The notes below the pieces were generated by a model. It was not told the origin of the DNA, made no database searches, and saw nothing but the letters and a program-made list of their open reading frames with translations. Shown here one piece after another: positions 41,753 through 52,943 of a stretch of 62,504 nucleotides of DNA (the first letter of the stretch is position 1; each line of letters starts with the position of its first letter). The DNA is from a virus (taxonomy: Duplodnaviria; Caudoviricetes). The stretch is from positions 1-62,504 of the IMG/VR virus record IMGVR_UViG_3300005914_000007. One strand, given 5' to 3'. The position numbers and the translations under genes were made by a program.

Positions 41753-43135
41753 TCAAGTTTTTTTAAATTTCATCATACTTTCTTTATCAGACTTACCATC
41801 ACTATCGAATTTAGTATCGAAGAAGTTACCATAACCATTATCCGTAACGACTCTGGTTTCTGATGATATTGAGGCAAACGGTCCTAACTCACCTGATCGG
41901 AATATACCACCGACCATATCACCATTCAAAAACCCATTCATAAAATAACAGTCTTCTAGATTTGATTGCTCTACGTGACAAGCAAGTATCTTAGATTCTT
42001 TAATATCTGAATTGTGTATAGTTGATTTTGATAATTGTGAATTCGATACCTCACAACCATGGAAATTACATGTATCATAGATACCGTCTATTATCATACA
42101 ATTTATGAACTCAATCTTATTAACTGTCATTATTGATTTTATCTGTGCATCAACGACCTCTAATATTTTCCTATCAGTATCAAAATTTATGATACAATCT
42201 TTAAGATCATCAACACTCTCAATTAAATTGAATAATTGGTTAAACATACGTCCGAAGTTTGAATCAACAACCTCAAATGTACCATCTTGGTCCACTTGTA
42301 ACTCGATAGATGGAAATTCAACAATAAATTTATCAAATTTATAGAATGTTTTAAATTTATCGATATTCTCTTCCATATACTCTTCCAATTTCTTCGAATC
42401 TGATGTATCAAACGGCAGGTCAATAGAAGCATATGTATCTAGAACGAATCTATCCATGAAATATAAAATAGTGCCTATATTCTTCTCATAATCAGTACCA
42501 CCAATATACCTATACTCAATTCTCTGATCTTTTTTACTATTTGGCGTATTTATGAAGTTTATACCAAAATACTTATCATTCGGTAGCTTCATTGAATTAC
42601 TAACAGAATCTATATTCACATTAAAGAAATCATACTGTTTAAATGGTATTAGGTTTTTAACTGACTTTGAATATATGTTGTTTTTCCTACCAGGAAAGAA
42701 TCTGTATATTTCATCTTCATCAGTGTTTAATATTAATTTTAGGATATTCAAATCATTTAAATTTATATCACCCTGAAATGAAATGTTAAAGTGTAATGAA
42801 CATTTATCAGTTGTTTTACCATATCTACGTATGAAATTCAAAATCTTGGCTAGAAAGTATTTGGCCTCAACATACTGTAGTGGGCCTGTTATAAGTTCTA
42901 CCATGTTACTTCCACCGGATAAATCAGGTTCTATCTTAAAATTCTCGGCATCTGGTGTGAAACTGGAGTGATATTGTCTAAACCCATGAACCTTGACAGG
43001 CGATAGTTCCTTATTCAATATCTCCATTGTTTTATAATATGAAATATCTACCATATAAAACTCGAACTCCATACCTATTACCGCATTTGATAGTTTCTTA
43101 TGTTCGTGAATAAATTTCTCGGAATATTTTCTCAT
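41753..43135 (-). CDS. Putative amidoligase (COOH-NH2 ligase) with beta-helical C-terminus
   Basis: IGMEFEF, ELITGP, CSLHFNIS, KY..IN, IEYRY.GG. Confidence 0.75.
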   Translation of the reverse strand: MRKYSEKFIHEHKKLSNAVIGMEFEFYMVDISYYKTMEILNKELSPVKVHGFRQYHSSFTPDAENFKIEPDLSGGSNMVELITGPLQYVEAKYFLAKILNFIRRYGKTTDKCSLHFNISFQGDINLNDLNILKLILNTDEDEIYRFFPGRKNNIYSKSVKNLIPFKQYDFFNVNIDSVSNSMKLPNDKYFGINFINTPNSKKDQRIEYRYIGGTDYEKNIGTILYFMDRFVLDTYASIDLPFDTSDSKKLEEYMEENIDKFKTFYKFDKFIVEFPSIELQVDQDGTFEVVDSNFGRMFNQLFNLIESVDDLKDCIINFDTDRKILEVVDAQIKSIMTVNKIEFINCMIIDGIYDTCNFHGCEVSNSQLSKSTIHNSDIKESKILACHVEQSNLEDCYFMNGFLNGDMVGGIFRSGELGPFASISSETRVVTDNGYGNFFDTKFDSDGKSDKESMMKFKKT

Positions 43136-43208
43136 ATATTATATATTAATATTTTAAACCACAGTATCAACTATTAGTATATACCCCCATAGAAGATTAG
43201 GCACTATT

Positions 43209-44810
43209 ATGATTTTAGATAACATAGTTGATATTAAGATAAGTAAAAAAACAGTAACATATTATAAATCCAGGGGATATGATTGTAATATTGGTAAAAT
43301 TACATCTATTAAAGTATCAGATTTACAGTGTGGTAGCCATGTTAAAATAAATGTCAAGTGTGATATCTGTGAATGTGAGAAATTTATAATGTATCAAAAA
43401 TATCTCAAAAATATACAAAACCAGAACACTTATTCTTGTAGTAGTAAATGTGCTCAATTCAAGGTGAGGAAAACAACTATGGAAAAGTATGGAAGTGAAT
43501 ATTATACACAAACATCCGAATATAATACTCGTGTTAAGGAAACAAATATGTCTAAATATGGTGTTGAATTTTTCCTATCCAGTGAGTATGTAAAGGAATC
43601 AATATCCAAAACAAATTTAAGAAAATATGGATATGAAAATGTATTCTCATCCCCACATATAATAGATAAAATCCAACAAACAAATAAAAAGAAATATGGT
43701 AATATAAATCCAAGTAAAAATAGTGAAATTAAAAAAAAAATAAGCAAAAAATTAACAAAATCTTGGAAAAACAAATGTGTGGATTTCTACACCGATATAA
43801 ATATAATCAACTATGAAAATGGTGTTTATAATATATTATGTGATAAAGGACATAAATACGATATAACGAATACATTATTATGTAATAGAAGAGTTATGAA
43901 CCTAAATACTTGTACTGAGTGTTTCCCGGTATCTGATAATAAATCACAACAGGAAAAAGAACTTCTCAATTATATAAAATCGATATATGATGGTGAAATA
44001 TTGGAGAATACTAAATCAGTTATACACCCATTGGAATTAGACATATATTTACCCGATTTAAAAATGGCTTTTGAGTATAATGGGTTGTTTTGGCATAGTG
44101 AGTTGAATAAATCAAAAAACTATCATTTACGAAAAAATATATTATGTAAAGAAGTTGGTGTTGAACTGATACAAGTATGGTCTGATGATTGGGAATATAA
44201 ACAGGATATTATCAAATCAATTATACGTAATAAATTTAATTTAAACCTAAATAAAATATTTGCTAGAAAATGTACCATATCAGAAATAACACACAAAGAA
44301 TCTAAGGAATTTTTACAAAAAAACCATCTTCAGGGTAGTGTGAATTCAAAATATAGAATCGGTCTGATATATAATGATGAATTAGTATCTGTTATGAGTT
44401 TTGGTAAAACAAGGAAACCATTGGGTGAGAATGGCGATAAATATGAACTGACCAGGTTTGCTAGTGTATTAAATACCAATGTAATTGGCGGAGCTTCTAG
44501 AATACTCAAATATTTCACGAAAACATATTTAAACACATCAGAAGAAATAGTCAGTTATTATGATAAAACGTTTGGGTATAGTAATTTTTATGAAAAAATA
44601 GGATTTACCTATATCAAGGATACGAAACCTGGGTATAGTTATATAATTGATGGTATTAGACACAATAGGTATAATTATAATAAAGGTCGATTGGTTAAAC
44701 AGGGATATGATAGTGATAAGAGTGAACACGAAATAATGAAACAACGGAAAATATATAGAATATATGATGTTGGTAACATTAAGTATGTTTATGAAGTGAT
44801 GGGAACATGA
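43209..44810 (+). CDS. Homing-endonuclease-like protein (paralog of 17502)
   Basis: KYG repeats; ELDIYLPD..FEYNGLFWHSE; GNAT-like tail. Confidence 0.75.
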   Translation: MILDNIVDIKISKKTVTYYKSRGYDCNIGKITSIKVSDLQCGSHVKINVKCDICECEKFIMYQKYLKNIQNQNTYSCSSKCAQFKVRKTTMEKYGSEYYTQTSEYNTRVKETNMSKYGVEFFLSSEYVKESISKTNLRKYGYENVFSSPHIIDKIQQTNKKKYGNINPSKNSEIKKKISKKLTKSWKNKCVDFYTDINIINYENGVYNILCDKGHKYDITNTLLCNRRVMNLNTCTECFPVSDNKSQQEKELLNYIKSIYDGEILENTKSVIHPLELDIYLPDLKMAFEYNGLFWHSELNKSKNYHLRKNILCKEVGVELIQVWSDDWEYKQDIIKSIIRNKFNLNLNKIFARKCTISEITHKESKEFLQKNHLQGSVNSKYRIGLIYNDELVSVMSFGKTRKPLGENGDKYELTRFASVLNTNVIGGASRILKYFTKTYLNTSEEIVSYYDKTFGYSNFYEKIGFTYIKDTKPGYSYIIDGIRHNRYNYNKGRLVKQGYDSDKSEHEIMKQRKIYRIYDVGNIKYVYEVMGT

Positions 44811-44847
44811 GGTTGTAATATATATATTCAAAAGAGTTTTATAATAA

Positions 44848-45240
44848 TTGATGAATTTTTTCTGTGTATATTCAAAAAACCGTAAAAAGGTTGATAAGTA
44901 TTTTAAGAACAACCGTATAAGAAACAAGTATATTATCGACATAAAGAAAATTGTTGATGAAGAAGAACTTGATTTCAATGAGGATAAAACCTATCTTAAA
45001 ATATTAATATTCAATCGAATCGAACAAGCTATCCAAAGAAATAAAGATATTTATTATATTCCAAATTTCAACGAGGAGTTCTCCATAAACAAACTTCTCA
45101 ATCTCAAAAAAATGTTAGGAAAAAACGATTTCAACGTACTTGTTTTCTACAATGAGTTCAGAAAAGACCCATCAACATTATCATCAATACTCGAAAACCT
45201 TTCGAAATTTAGTAGCTCTCAAATAATAAGAGACTACTAA
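44848..45240 (+). CDS. Hypothetical protein
   Basis: ORF track. Confidence 0.65.
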   Translation: MMNFFCVYSKNRKKVDKYFKNNRIRNKYIIDIKKIVDEEELDFNEDKTYLKILIFNRIEQAIQRNKDIYYIPNFNEEFSINKLLNLKKMLGKNDFNVLVFYNEFRKDPSTLSSILENLSKFSSSQIIRDY

Positions 45241-45282
45241 GGGATTTAATTCCGATAATATATACTGAAAATATAGTTCAAT

Positions 45283-47160
45283 ATGGCATTATCTAGAAGT
45301 TCAACAGGATCACCATTAAATCTTACGGTAACTCAAATAAAATCAACAAGCGGAAAAGCTACATCATCAACACTTGGTGAGTACGCAACTGGTGATGAAT
45401 TTGAATCTATTTTTTCATCAAAAAACAAATACTACAGATTCGAAACAGAGGGTAAACAGAGAAGTGTATTATCAAAAGATGAAAACATACACACAAATGA
45501 CATTTATGAGATATCAACTAACAAGATATTACGAGAATTTGATAATATACCACACTTAAAATTAAGACCAGCAGATTTTGCATACAATAGAGATGTTGGT
45601 GTATATCCAAATAATAGACTGATAATACTCAGAAGATTTGCAAATCCAATAAACGATGATATCTATTCTATAACGAATGATAAATCTCCGGGAAAACCTA
45701 TATCAACAATAGTTGGATATGTTAAAAATACCGAAGATTTTATAAATTTCAATGTTAATGAGGAGTGGGATGTTGCAGACGCTAGTTTCAAGAAATTACT
45801 TAATAAGGTCGGTGATGATTTTGGATTCAGTAAATTCCAAATAGGTGATTTATTATCAAGTGGTAATAATATTATACCAATGCCAGGAGCAACAGAATTA
45901 TTACAAAGAAGGTTAATGGTTAAATTCGGTCTAATTGGTGAAAATGAATCGGCTGTTATACCCTCTGGTGATCCTAACTTAATAAAAGATGCTAAAATAA
46001 GAAAACTAGTAACTGATGGAACGAATGGTTCTGGATTGACTGGTAAAATATCTATTATTTTCGAAGTTACATACGAACAGAAATTCATTGCCGGAGTTGA
46101 TCCCACATTTGTCTACATGGATATATTGGGTATTCTTTTAGCAATGGGTACATCAGAGTCTAAATTTTATCTTGGTGGTGGTGGAGATACTGCACTCAAC
46201 AAGAAGATAAAAGAATTTATACACAATCCCAATGAAACAATTAAACAATTCATAAAAGCTACGATTGCAGCCTTTGGATCAGCTATTGATAAATTGAAGA
46301 ATCTTTTTAATGACAGTATAGATGAAATAGCAGATGATGGAAAACCACTAAGTGAAAAAATATCAGACGGGGCCACTGCCGCTGTTATGTTTTTGGGCCG
46401 AACAATTATTGGAGATGCGGAGGCGGCTGAGGCTGCGACAGCTGGTGTGTCACAAATACAAAGTGTGTTAAATAACGTAACAAAATATATAGCTGACTTT
46501 ATATCAGCTAAATACAGAGTCGAGGCTTTGGGTATATTCGCTGCTCTATCTGGAGCACCATCAACACCATGGCATGTTACAATCGGTAATCCATTACGAC
46601 CAACATTTTGCTCCGGTGATATGTTATGTACTAAAGTTGATATAAAACAAGGACCACAACTAAGTTTTAATGATTTACCAACATATATTACAGCAAAAAT
46701 TGAATTAAAATCTGCTAGGGACCAGGGTATGCAAGAACTATTTACGAAATTCAATTCCGGTGGAATGAGAACAGTAAGTAAAACTTCTGATGGTGTTAAT
46801 AAGAAGGGTTATCTTATACAACCCGGTACAACTTTCTGGTCAAAGGCATATGGGTTGAATGTAGGCGAAGATGGTGAGATAAGCACACTGAATGCTGATG
46901 GTTCGGTTGGTAATGTAATAGTTCCGGTAATACCAAAAACAAAGGTTAGTGATCCAGAAGTTTTGGTAGATAAAATACAACCAGAAGCAAGTTTACCTGA
47001 GCAATTTACGGAATCTGTTGCAGATGCAACTGAATATATTAAGAATGGAGTTGAATCAGTACTTGATAAAGGAAAAGAGGTTACTGGTGATGCAATAGAC
47101 TACGGTACTGAGAAATTCGAAGAGGCCAAGAGCTGGGTGGGTAATTGGTGGAATAGTTAA
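45283..47160 (+). CDS. Probable baseplate/tube-initiator structural protein
   Basis: WHVTIGNPLRP...DLPT.....L..AR; first gene of baseplate cluster. Confidence 0.5.
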   Translation: MALSRSSTGSPLNLTVTQIKSTSGKATSSTLGEYATGDEFESIFSSKNKYYRFETEGKQRSVLSKDENIHTNDIYEISTNKILREFDNIPHLKLRPADFAYNRDVGVYPNNRLIILRRFANPINDDIYSITNDKSPGKPISTIVGYVKNTEDFINFNVNEEWDVADASFKKLLNKVGDDFGFSKFQIGDLLSSGNNIIPMPGATELLQRRLMVKFGLIGENESAVIPSGDPNLIKDAKIRKLVTDGTNGSGLTGKISIIFEVTYEQKFIAGVDPTFVYMDILGILLAMGTSESKFYLGGGGDTALNKKIKEFIHNPNETIKQFIKATIAAFGSAIDKLKNLFNDSIDEIADDGKPLSEKISDGATAAVMFLGRTIIGDAEAAEAATAGVSQIQSVLNNVTKYIADFISAKYRVEALGIFAALSGAPSTPWHVTIGNPLRPTFCSGDMLCTKVDIKQGPQLSFNDLPTYITAKIELKSARDQGMQELFTKFNSGGMRTVSKTSDGVNKKGYLIQPGTTFWSKAYGLNVGEDGEISTLNADGSVGNVIVPVIPKTKVSDPEVLVDKIQPEASLPEQFTESVADATEYIKNGVESVLDKGKEVTGDAIDYGTEKFEEAKSWVGNWWNS

Positions 47161-47185
47161 TGATTAAATAAAAAATATATAAATT

Positions 47186-47656
47186 ATGAAGATATACGAT
47201 ATAGACGAACTCAAATCTACGAATGGATTTCACGACTTAACACAAACGACATTTAATTACAATATTGATGTTTTTAATGAATCTACAAGACAATATTTTG
47301 TTCGGAGAGGTGAAGAAATGAGGATTGACCTTATTTCCGACACATTATATCAGAATGTGGATAATGTTGATATATTATGTAGTTATAATAATATAGATAA
47401 TCCATTGAATTTTAAAGAGGGAGAGTTGATAATATATCCAGACTACTCGGATATAATAAACCTTAGATATGTTGATCCAGATTTACTTGAAAACGAATTA
47501 ACAACACAGTCTACATCAAAAACAACTCGTAAGGATCCAAGTAGACAAGAATATGTTGATAACAAACGGGCCCTAACACCAACACAGCTAAATCGTAGAA
47601 TATCTCCATTAAATACAGGATCCGACCAATTATCGATAGGTGATGGCCTTTTTTAA
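47186..47656 (+). CDS. gp53-like baseplate wedge protein (LysM-like)
   Basis: RIDLIS..LY.....DIL..YN.IDNP....G..I.YP. Confidence 0.75.
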   Translation: MKIYDIDELKSTNGFHDLTQTTFNYNIDVFNESTRQYFVRRGEEMRIDLISDTLYQNVDNVDILCSYNNIDNPLNFKEGELIIYPDYSDIINLRYVDPDLLENELTTQSTSKTTRKDPSRQEYVDNKRALTPTQLNRRISPLNTGSDQLSIGDGLF

Positions 47657-47666
47657 TAAATAATAT

Positions 47667-50312
47667 ATGATAAATCCAACAGACTATTCATTTGATGTAG
47701 GAATTTATACTGGTCTTACTCTACAGGGTGTTACTGATTTAGTATATGAGAAATTGAATATACTCGACCCAACTGGGTATGATCCATTATGGACAGAGTA
47801 CAACGACATAACAAGAGAGCATTTTTTCGCTCAAGCAGGTGTAGTAGGTCAGGTATATGATTCGGAAGCACTTTGGAGACAAAGCGCATCTATAAGGAAA
47901 CGACAAATACAGAAAGCACTTGAAATTATTGAATTAGTGGATGGTCCAAAATCGGCAAATCCAATACAGAAAGAAATAATTACTGAAGTAGAACCATCCT
48001 CGATAGATTCTATCGAAACAATACCTCTTGATGATGGTTTATTAGAAATATCAGAAATACAAGTAGTAAATTATGAACTAGAAAAAGATACTAATATTGG
48101 ATCACCTATATTAGAAACAAATGTAGAACCAGAGGATGTGATAGAACAACCGGGTGATGATTCATCCGAGGATGTTAAATCACAAAGTGAATCTGATTTC
48201 ATACCAGTACAACTCACAGAAGTGTCAAAACCATCTATACGGCCAATCCCAATAACTTTCAACACTGGGAATATGAGTCCCAAGGATCAGAAACAATTTG
48301 AAGTTGGTTTGGGTCAAGTACCACTCGTTTATTATAATGGTATTCACATCGAATATAATAGAATAAAAACTTTTATGTTATATCACGAGGGTATATTACC
48401 AGCATTGAAGGTTTCATTTGCAGACCAGGCTTCATTTCGTGATATTGGATTCCCAACGGATGATATTTCGATAACGGTTTATATAAATTCTCGATCCAAA
48501 TTAGTGAGGTCTATATACATGGATTTCAAAGTAACTAATATGAGAGATTCCGAGGGTATTATTTCAATAACAGGTATTACCGACATACCACAAATTTACA
48601 TAGCTAAATTTGAATCATATAATTCCAGAACATCATTAGACGTTATGAAAGAAATAGCCAAGACATGCAAACTTGGATTCCAATCAAATATAAGTTCAAC
48701 ATCTGATAAGCAGACTTGGATAAACCCAGGATTTAAAAGAAAGGCTTGGATTGAGAGTATATGTGAGAACGCTTATATATCAGATAAATCATTTGTTACT
48801 TGTTACATCGATTTCTATTACAATCTATGCTATATGGACTTAGAAAAAGAAATTGGACGAGATATATCAAAAGACCAGATGAGACTTTCAACTGGTAAGT
48901 CTGAAATTACTGACGATCCAAGAGACGAAGACACAATAATACCAGTGTTATTAACTACTGATAAATCAGCACTAGACACAAACTGTCATGTCAATAAAGT
49001 TGATATTTTGAATAGATCGACAAGAATAAGTCTAAACAGAGCATATTCAACCAAGACAAAGTTTTATGATGATATCAATAAAGAAATTTTGATATTCGAT
49101 ATTGATACTATTGCCGAAGATAAAACTAAATTAATATTAAAGGCTAAATTAAATGATTCACAATTCTATAAAGAGAATCAAAATAATGTATGGGTTGGTA
49201 AGATTGATAAATATGGAAATGGTGATGGCAATTCACACGATAATTATAATTACTCACAGATACACAACAAAGTTAATCGGACTGAATTAAACAAAATTGA
49301 TATCGATATCGAATTAGATATACCTAATTACAATTTCTATTTATTTCAGAAAATAAGATTTGAGTTAATATATGATGTGCCTGGAGCCCTATCAACATCT
49401 ATGAAACATGAAAGAATATCTGGTGAGGCTATAATAAATTCACTAGAATTCGTATTTGATGGTAATAGATTCTATCAGAAAATAGGATTGTTAAGAAGAG
49501 ATTTAGAAAAGACTGAGGAAGAAATCGAGAATACAAGTGATGATAAGAATTATAAAGAGGAGTATCAAGAAAATGATAATCCACTTGGTCCGGATGATAA
49601 TTTATCACAAGTGGAAGACCTGGAAGTTCCGGAATTAGAAGTTATTTCTCCTAAAATTGTAGAATTAGATGTTCCGAATACTATTCAAGATACTACTACA
49701 TTTATCGTAAACGAAAGGGTAATAAAAGCCATGGACCTTTTGATAAATGAACACGGATCATCTAGATATGGTGCATCAGCAATAGTAGGTAATATGCTAG
49801 CTGAAAGTAATTTAATAGTTGATACACTAGAAATAAGTTTATTAAATCAAAAAAAATCATGGAACGGTGGAGTAAGTCTTGTACAATGGACCGGAGTCAG
49901 AAGAACATCATTTGAAAAATATTTTGGGATAGCAAATAGTAGAACAGAAAGAAAAAAATTAATCGGTATTTCTAACGAAAATGTCGAAGATTATCAGAAA
50001 AAAGTAAGAGAGAAGGTTTCCTTCGAAGCGGCTATAAAGTATTATTGGGAAGAACTATCTTCTTCTGTGCGTTCCAAATTAGAAACTGCTGATGATTCCG
50101 AAAAAGCAGCCGATGCAATACTGGCTGATTTAAGACCTGGGGATTACCTTTGTTGGTCACTTTGGGATGGTAAAGGAGCTACAAGTGAATTTTGTACAAG
50201 AGGTCAGAAAACTAAGGCAGATGCTTTGATATGGAAAAACAAACAGAGAAATCACAGGGTTGAAAATTCACAGATAGCTTATAATACTTATAGTCAAAAT
50301 AGACTAGCTTAA
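47667..50312 (+). CDS. Baseplate hub-like protein with C-terminal phage tail lysozyme domain
   Basis: Hub-like middle region; GASAIVGNMLAES...LVQWTGVRR. Confidence 0.65.
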   Translation: MINPTDYSFDVGIYTGLTLQGVTDLVYEKLNILDPTGYDPLWTEYNDITREHFFAQAGVVGQVYDSEALWRQSASIRKRQIQKALEIIELVDGPKSANPIQKEIITEVEPSSIDSIETIPLDDGLLEISEIQVVNYELEKDTNIGSPILETNVEPEDVIEQPGDDSSEDVKSQSESDFIPVQLTEVSKPSIRPIPITFNTGNMSPKDQKQFEVGLGQVPLVYYNGIHIEYNRIKTFMLYHEGILPALKVSFADQASFRDIGFPTDDISITVYINSRSKLVRSIYMDFKVTNMRDSEGIISITGITDIPQIYIAKFESYNSRTSLDVMKEIAKTCKLGFQSNISSTSDKQTWINPGFKRKAWIESICENAYISDKSFVTCYIDFYYNLCYMDLEKEIGRDISKDQMRLSTGKSEITDDPRDEDTIIPVLLTTDKSALDTNCHVNKVDILNRSTRISLNRAYSTKTKFYDDINKEILIFDIDTIAEDKTKLILKAKLNDSQFYKENQNNVWVGKIDKYGNGDGNSHDNYNYSQIHNKVNRTELNKIDIDIELDIPNYNFYLFQKIRFELIYDVPGALSTSMKHERISGEAIINSLEFVFDGNRFYQKIGLLRRDLEKTEEEIENTSDDKNYKEEYQENDNPLGPDDNLSQVEDLEVPELEVISPKIVELDVPNTIQDTTTFIVNERVIKAMDLLINEHGSSRYGASAIVGNMLAESNLIVDTLEISLLNQKKSWNGGVSLVQWTGVRRTSFEKYFGIANSRTERKKLIGISNENVEDYQKKVREKVSFEAAIKYYWEELSSSVRSKLETADDSEKAADAILADLRPGDYLCWSLWDGKGATSEFCTRGQKTKADALIWKNKQRNHRVENSQIAYNTYSQNRLA

Positions 50313-50339
50313 TTGATAGTAAATCTTAATATATAGTAT

Positions 50340-50969
50340 ATGAGATTTATACACAATTATAAACAATACCAAGAATCTTTACAAATAGATACTAGATTCA
50401 ATCTTATAGATAATTTAAAAGAATCATTATCTATGTGGCATGATGTATTACTAGCTTCGATTGGAGCCGAGGAAGTTGATATGGTTGGTGAATTTCACCT
50501 AGATAAGGAAACAATGGATATGGAACTTAGTAGCCTAAATAATAGTACCGAATTTCTAAACTCATTATCTTCGATAGGTTTGAAACAATCAACGGTTGTG
50601 GAAACAGATAATTATGAAACATTCATAAACAGACCCTGTAAATTTATGTTGGTATATGATGTAAAAGCCAATGAATTAGAGACGCCAGAATATATTCTAT
50701 TTCAATCATGGGACAATGGTGAGAAGAAATGGGAAGAAACTAAACTATACAAGATAAATGGCAACATAAATGACTTCTATAATAAACTCACATCCAGAAC
50801 AATTGAAATAATTGATGGTGAGAATAATTACATCTACAGTACATCAAATGGTAATGACTGGATATTACAAAATATACAAAATCAGAATGATGATTATACC
50901 AAAACATTTAGAAAAGAAGAGTTTGAAGAATTATTGGACCGGGAAGGTCTAAAATTGAATATCATTTAA
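50340..50969 (+). CDS. Hypothetical protein, CTS-like N-terminus
   Basis: MRFIHNYKQYQES. Confidence 0.75.
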   Translation: MRFIHNYKQYQESLQIDTRFNLIDNLKESLSMWHDVLLASIGAEEVDMVGEFHLDKETMDMELSSLNNSTEFLNSLSSIGLKQSTVVETDNYETFINRPCKFMLVYDVKANELETPEYILFQSWDNGEKKWEETKLYKINGNINDFYNKLTSRTIEIIDGENNYIYSTSNGNDWILQNIQNQNDDYTKTFRKEEFEELLDREGLKLNII

Positions 50970-51510
50970 CACTCCTCTTGATATATTCTAACATAACATA
51001 ATCTTTACTATTCACATCAGCTTCCATCCACTTCCAAGTAAATGTCTTTTTTAGAAAATTTGTTCTACTTTCATATAGACTTATCCGATCATTTATTTCC
51101 TTTAACGGAATATCACTCTGTGGCATAATATCTAATGAAACTGATAGCCTAAGGAGTTCTAGATAATCACCTTTTCTATATGCCTCTGTTGCCTCCATGT
51201 ATAGAGAGTTTAATAGTTCATTAGTTATTTTATCAGGATGTGTTTCTTTAACTATCTTACGAAATAGGTCTTTGGTATCAGTGTCTTTCTGTATGGGTTC
51301 CTCTTCTATTTGTACAACTTCAGAAATTTCTTCAACTGGATTCATATATATCTCTTTTAAATCTGGATAATTATTTAACAACATATTAACTGATGTCATA
51401 AAATGTATATCAGCTTCTGATATAAGCTCGGATTGATAAATGTAATCAGCCTCCACCCATTCTAACTTTTTGAAAAGTCGTTTCACTTCTAAAAATTTCA
51501 ATTTATCCAC
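50962..51510 (-). CDS. J-domain co-chaperone
   Basis: LFRKIVKETHPDK...AY. Confidence 0.75.
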   Translation of the reverse strand: MDKLKFLEVKRLFKKLEWVEADYIYQSELISEADIHFMTSVNMLLNNYPDLKEIYMNPVEEISEVVQIEEEPIQKDTDTKDLFRKIVKETHPDKITNELLNSLYMEATEAYRKGDYLELLRLSVSLDIMPQSDIPLKEINDRISLYESRTNFLKKTFTWKWMEADVNSKDYVMLEYIKRSVK

Positions 51511-51576
51511 ATGTATTGTATTTTTTATTATAGACTATGTTGTTATAAAACCACGTAATTTTTTAATATATATCAT

Positions 51577-52437
51577 ATGTTGGATAGTTATAAGAAATTT
51601 ATGGAAAATATATATGCTCGTGAGGATATATCATCTTTGTGTAAAAAGTACGGAATCACTGATTATACAATAAATGAAGATGAGACCGTTGATGTACATC
51701 TAAGTGTTTTCATATCGAGATATAGTAATCTTAAAAGATTACCACTTAACTTCAACTCTGTAAATGGTGATTTTTTTATAGCGGATAATGCATTAGAAAC
51801 TCTACATGGATGCCCACCACACATAATAAATGTATTGTCAGCATCTGGTAATAATATAACATCATTTGAGGGTGGTCCGAAAACTGTGGGGAATTTATGT
51901 GATGTTACACAAAATAAAATCACAACATTAAAAGATTGTCCGACTATATATGGTTCCTTTTTCTGTGGTCACAATTACTTAAAATCACTCGTTGGTTGTC
52001 CTAAAATACTCAAGACTTTTGAATGTAATAATAACAATTTAAAATCGCTTGTTGGATGTGCCGATACTATAAATGGAACATTTAATTGTGAATATAATGC
52101 ATTAGTTGATTTGGTTGGTGGTCCTAAACATGTCAAAAAAAATATAGTACTAGATCATAATAAACTAACAAGTTTAATTGGATTTCCAGAACTATATTCG
52201 GAAACGGCAACACTTACATTATATAATAACCCAGTATATGATGTATATTCATTATTTAATACCATATCCGCTGCTGAATACATGAACGAGTGGGAAGTTA
52301 TTGATGTCGATAATATGCAAGTATCATATCTTAGGATTTGTGAAGTGTATAAATCTCTAGATATACCAGTATTAAAATATGAATTAGTAAAAAATCATTT
52401 CGATAACACAGAGGGTAATTACACTTTGGTGAATTAA
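51577..52437 (+). CDS. Leucine-rich-repeat protein
   Basis: 22-aa repeats N.L.SL.G.P..V.G.F.C. Confidence 0.8.
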   Translation: MLDSYKKFMENIYAREDISSLCKKYGITDYTINEDETVDVHLSVFISRYSNLKRLPLNFNSVNGDFFIADNALETLHGCPPHIINVLSASGNNITSFEGGPKTVGNLCDVTQNKITTLKDCPTIYGSFFCGHNYLKSLVGCPKILKTFECNNNNLKSLVGCADTINGTFNCEYNALVDLVGGPKHVKKNIVLDHNKLTSLIGFPELYSETATLTLYNNPVYDVYSLFNTISAAEYMNEWEVIDVDNMQVSYLRICEVYKSLDIPVLKYELVKNHFDNTEGNYTLVN

Positions 52438-52447
52438 TATATAAACT

Positions 52448-52942
52448 ATGAATATTAAAGAACTTTACAATCTTAGAGAAATTCTTGTAGAAGAAGGTTT
52501 GATAGAAGATGTTAAAGATATAGACCAGTTGATAGAAGAGAGTACATCAGCAACCGGAGGTGCAGGAGGAGGTTCTGTGATGAGTGGAGGTACTTCTTTA
52601 GCTAATTCAAGACCTGGTGGACATGGTACTATACAATCTTCACAACCAGGATCACCCAAAGGCCGTGATTGGATTAATGGCGGCTTATCAGATGGTGAAG
52701 ATGGTGATGTGAATGTTGCATTTAATCCATCAGGAGATGATCGTATCTTTCAAAAGATGCCTATGGGTAAAGGACATGGTGCTCAAACTGGTAAGAAATC
52801 CAGAGAAAAGAAACTTGATATCAAACACGTAAGAGATATACTGAAAAATCGTGGGAGTGATGGTGAGAAGCCAGGTAAAGTAATGGATTTCAATGATTTC
52901 ACCAAATCACAAATGGGTGATGTCAAAAAGTTAGATAAGTAA
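52448..52942 (+). CDS. Gly-rich late hypothetical protein
   Basis: ORF track; AATATATA upstream. Confidence 0.75.
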   Translation: MNIKELYNLREILVEEGLIEDVKDIDQLIEESTSATGGAGGGSVMSGGTSLANSRPGGHGTIQSSQPGSPKGRDWINGGLSDGEDGDVNVAFNPSGDDRIFQKMPMGKGHGAQTGKKSREKKLDIKHVRDILKNRGSDGEKPGKVMDFNDFTKSQMGDVKKLDK

Positions 52943-52943
52943 G

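Noticed and set aside
35173-46754. Long antisense ORFs (35173..35784, 45663..46106, 46167..46754)
   Set aside because: Ser/Phe/Ile-rich shadows of genuine genes on the opposite strand
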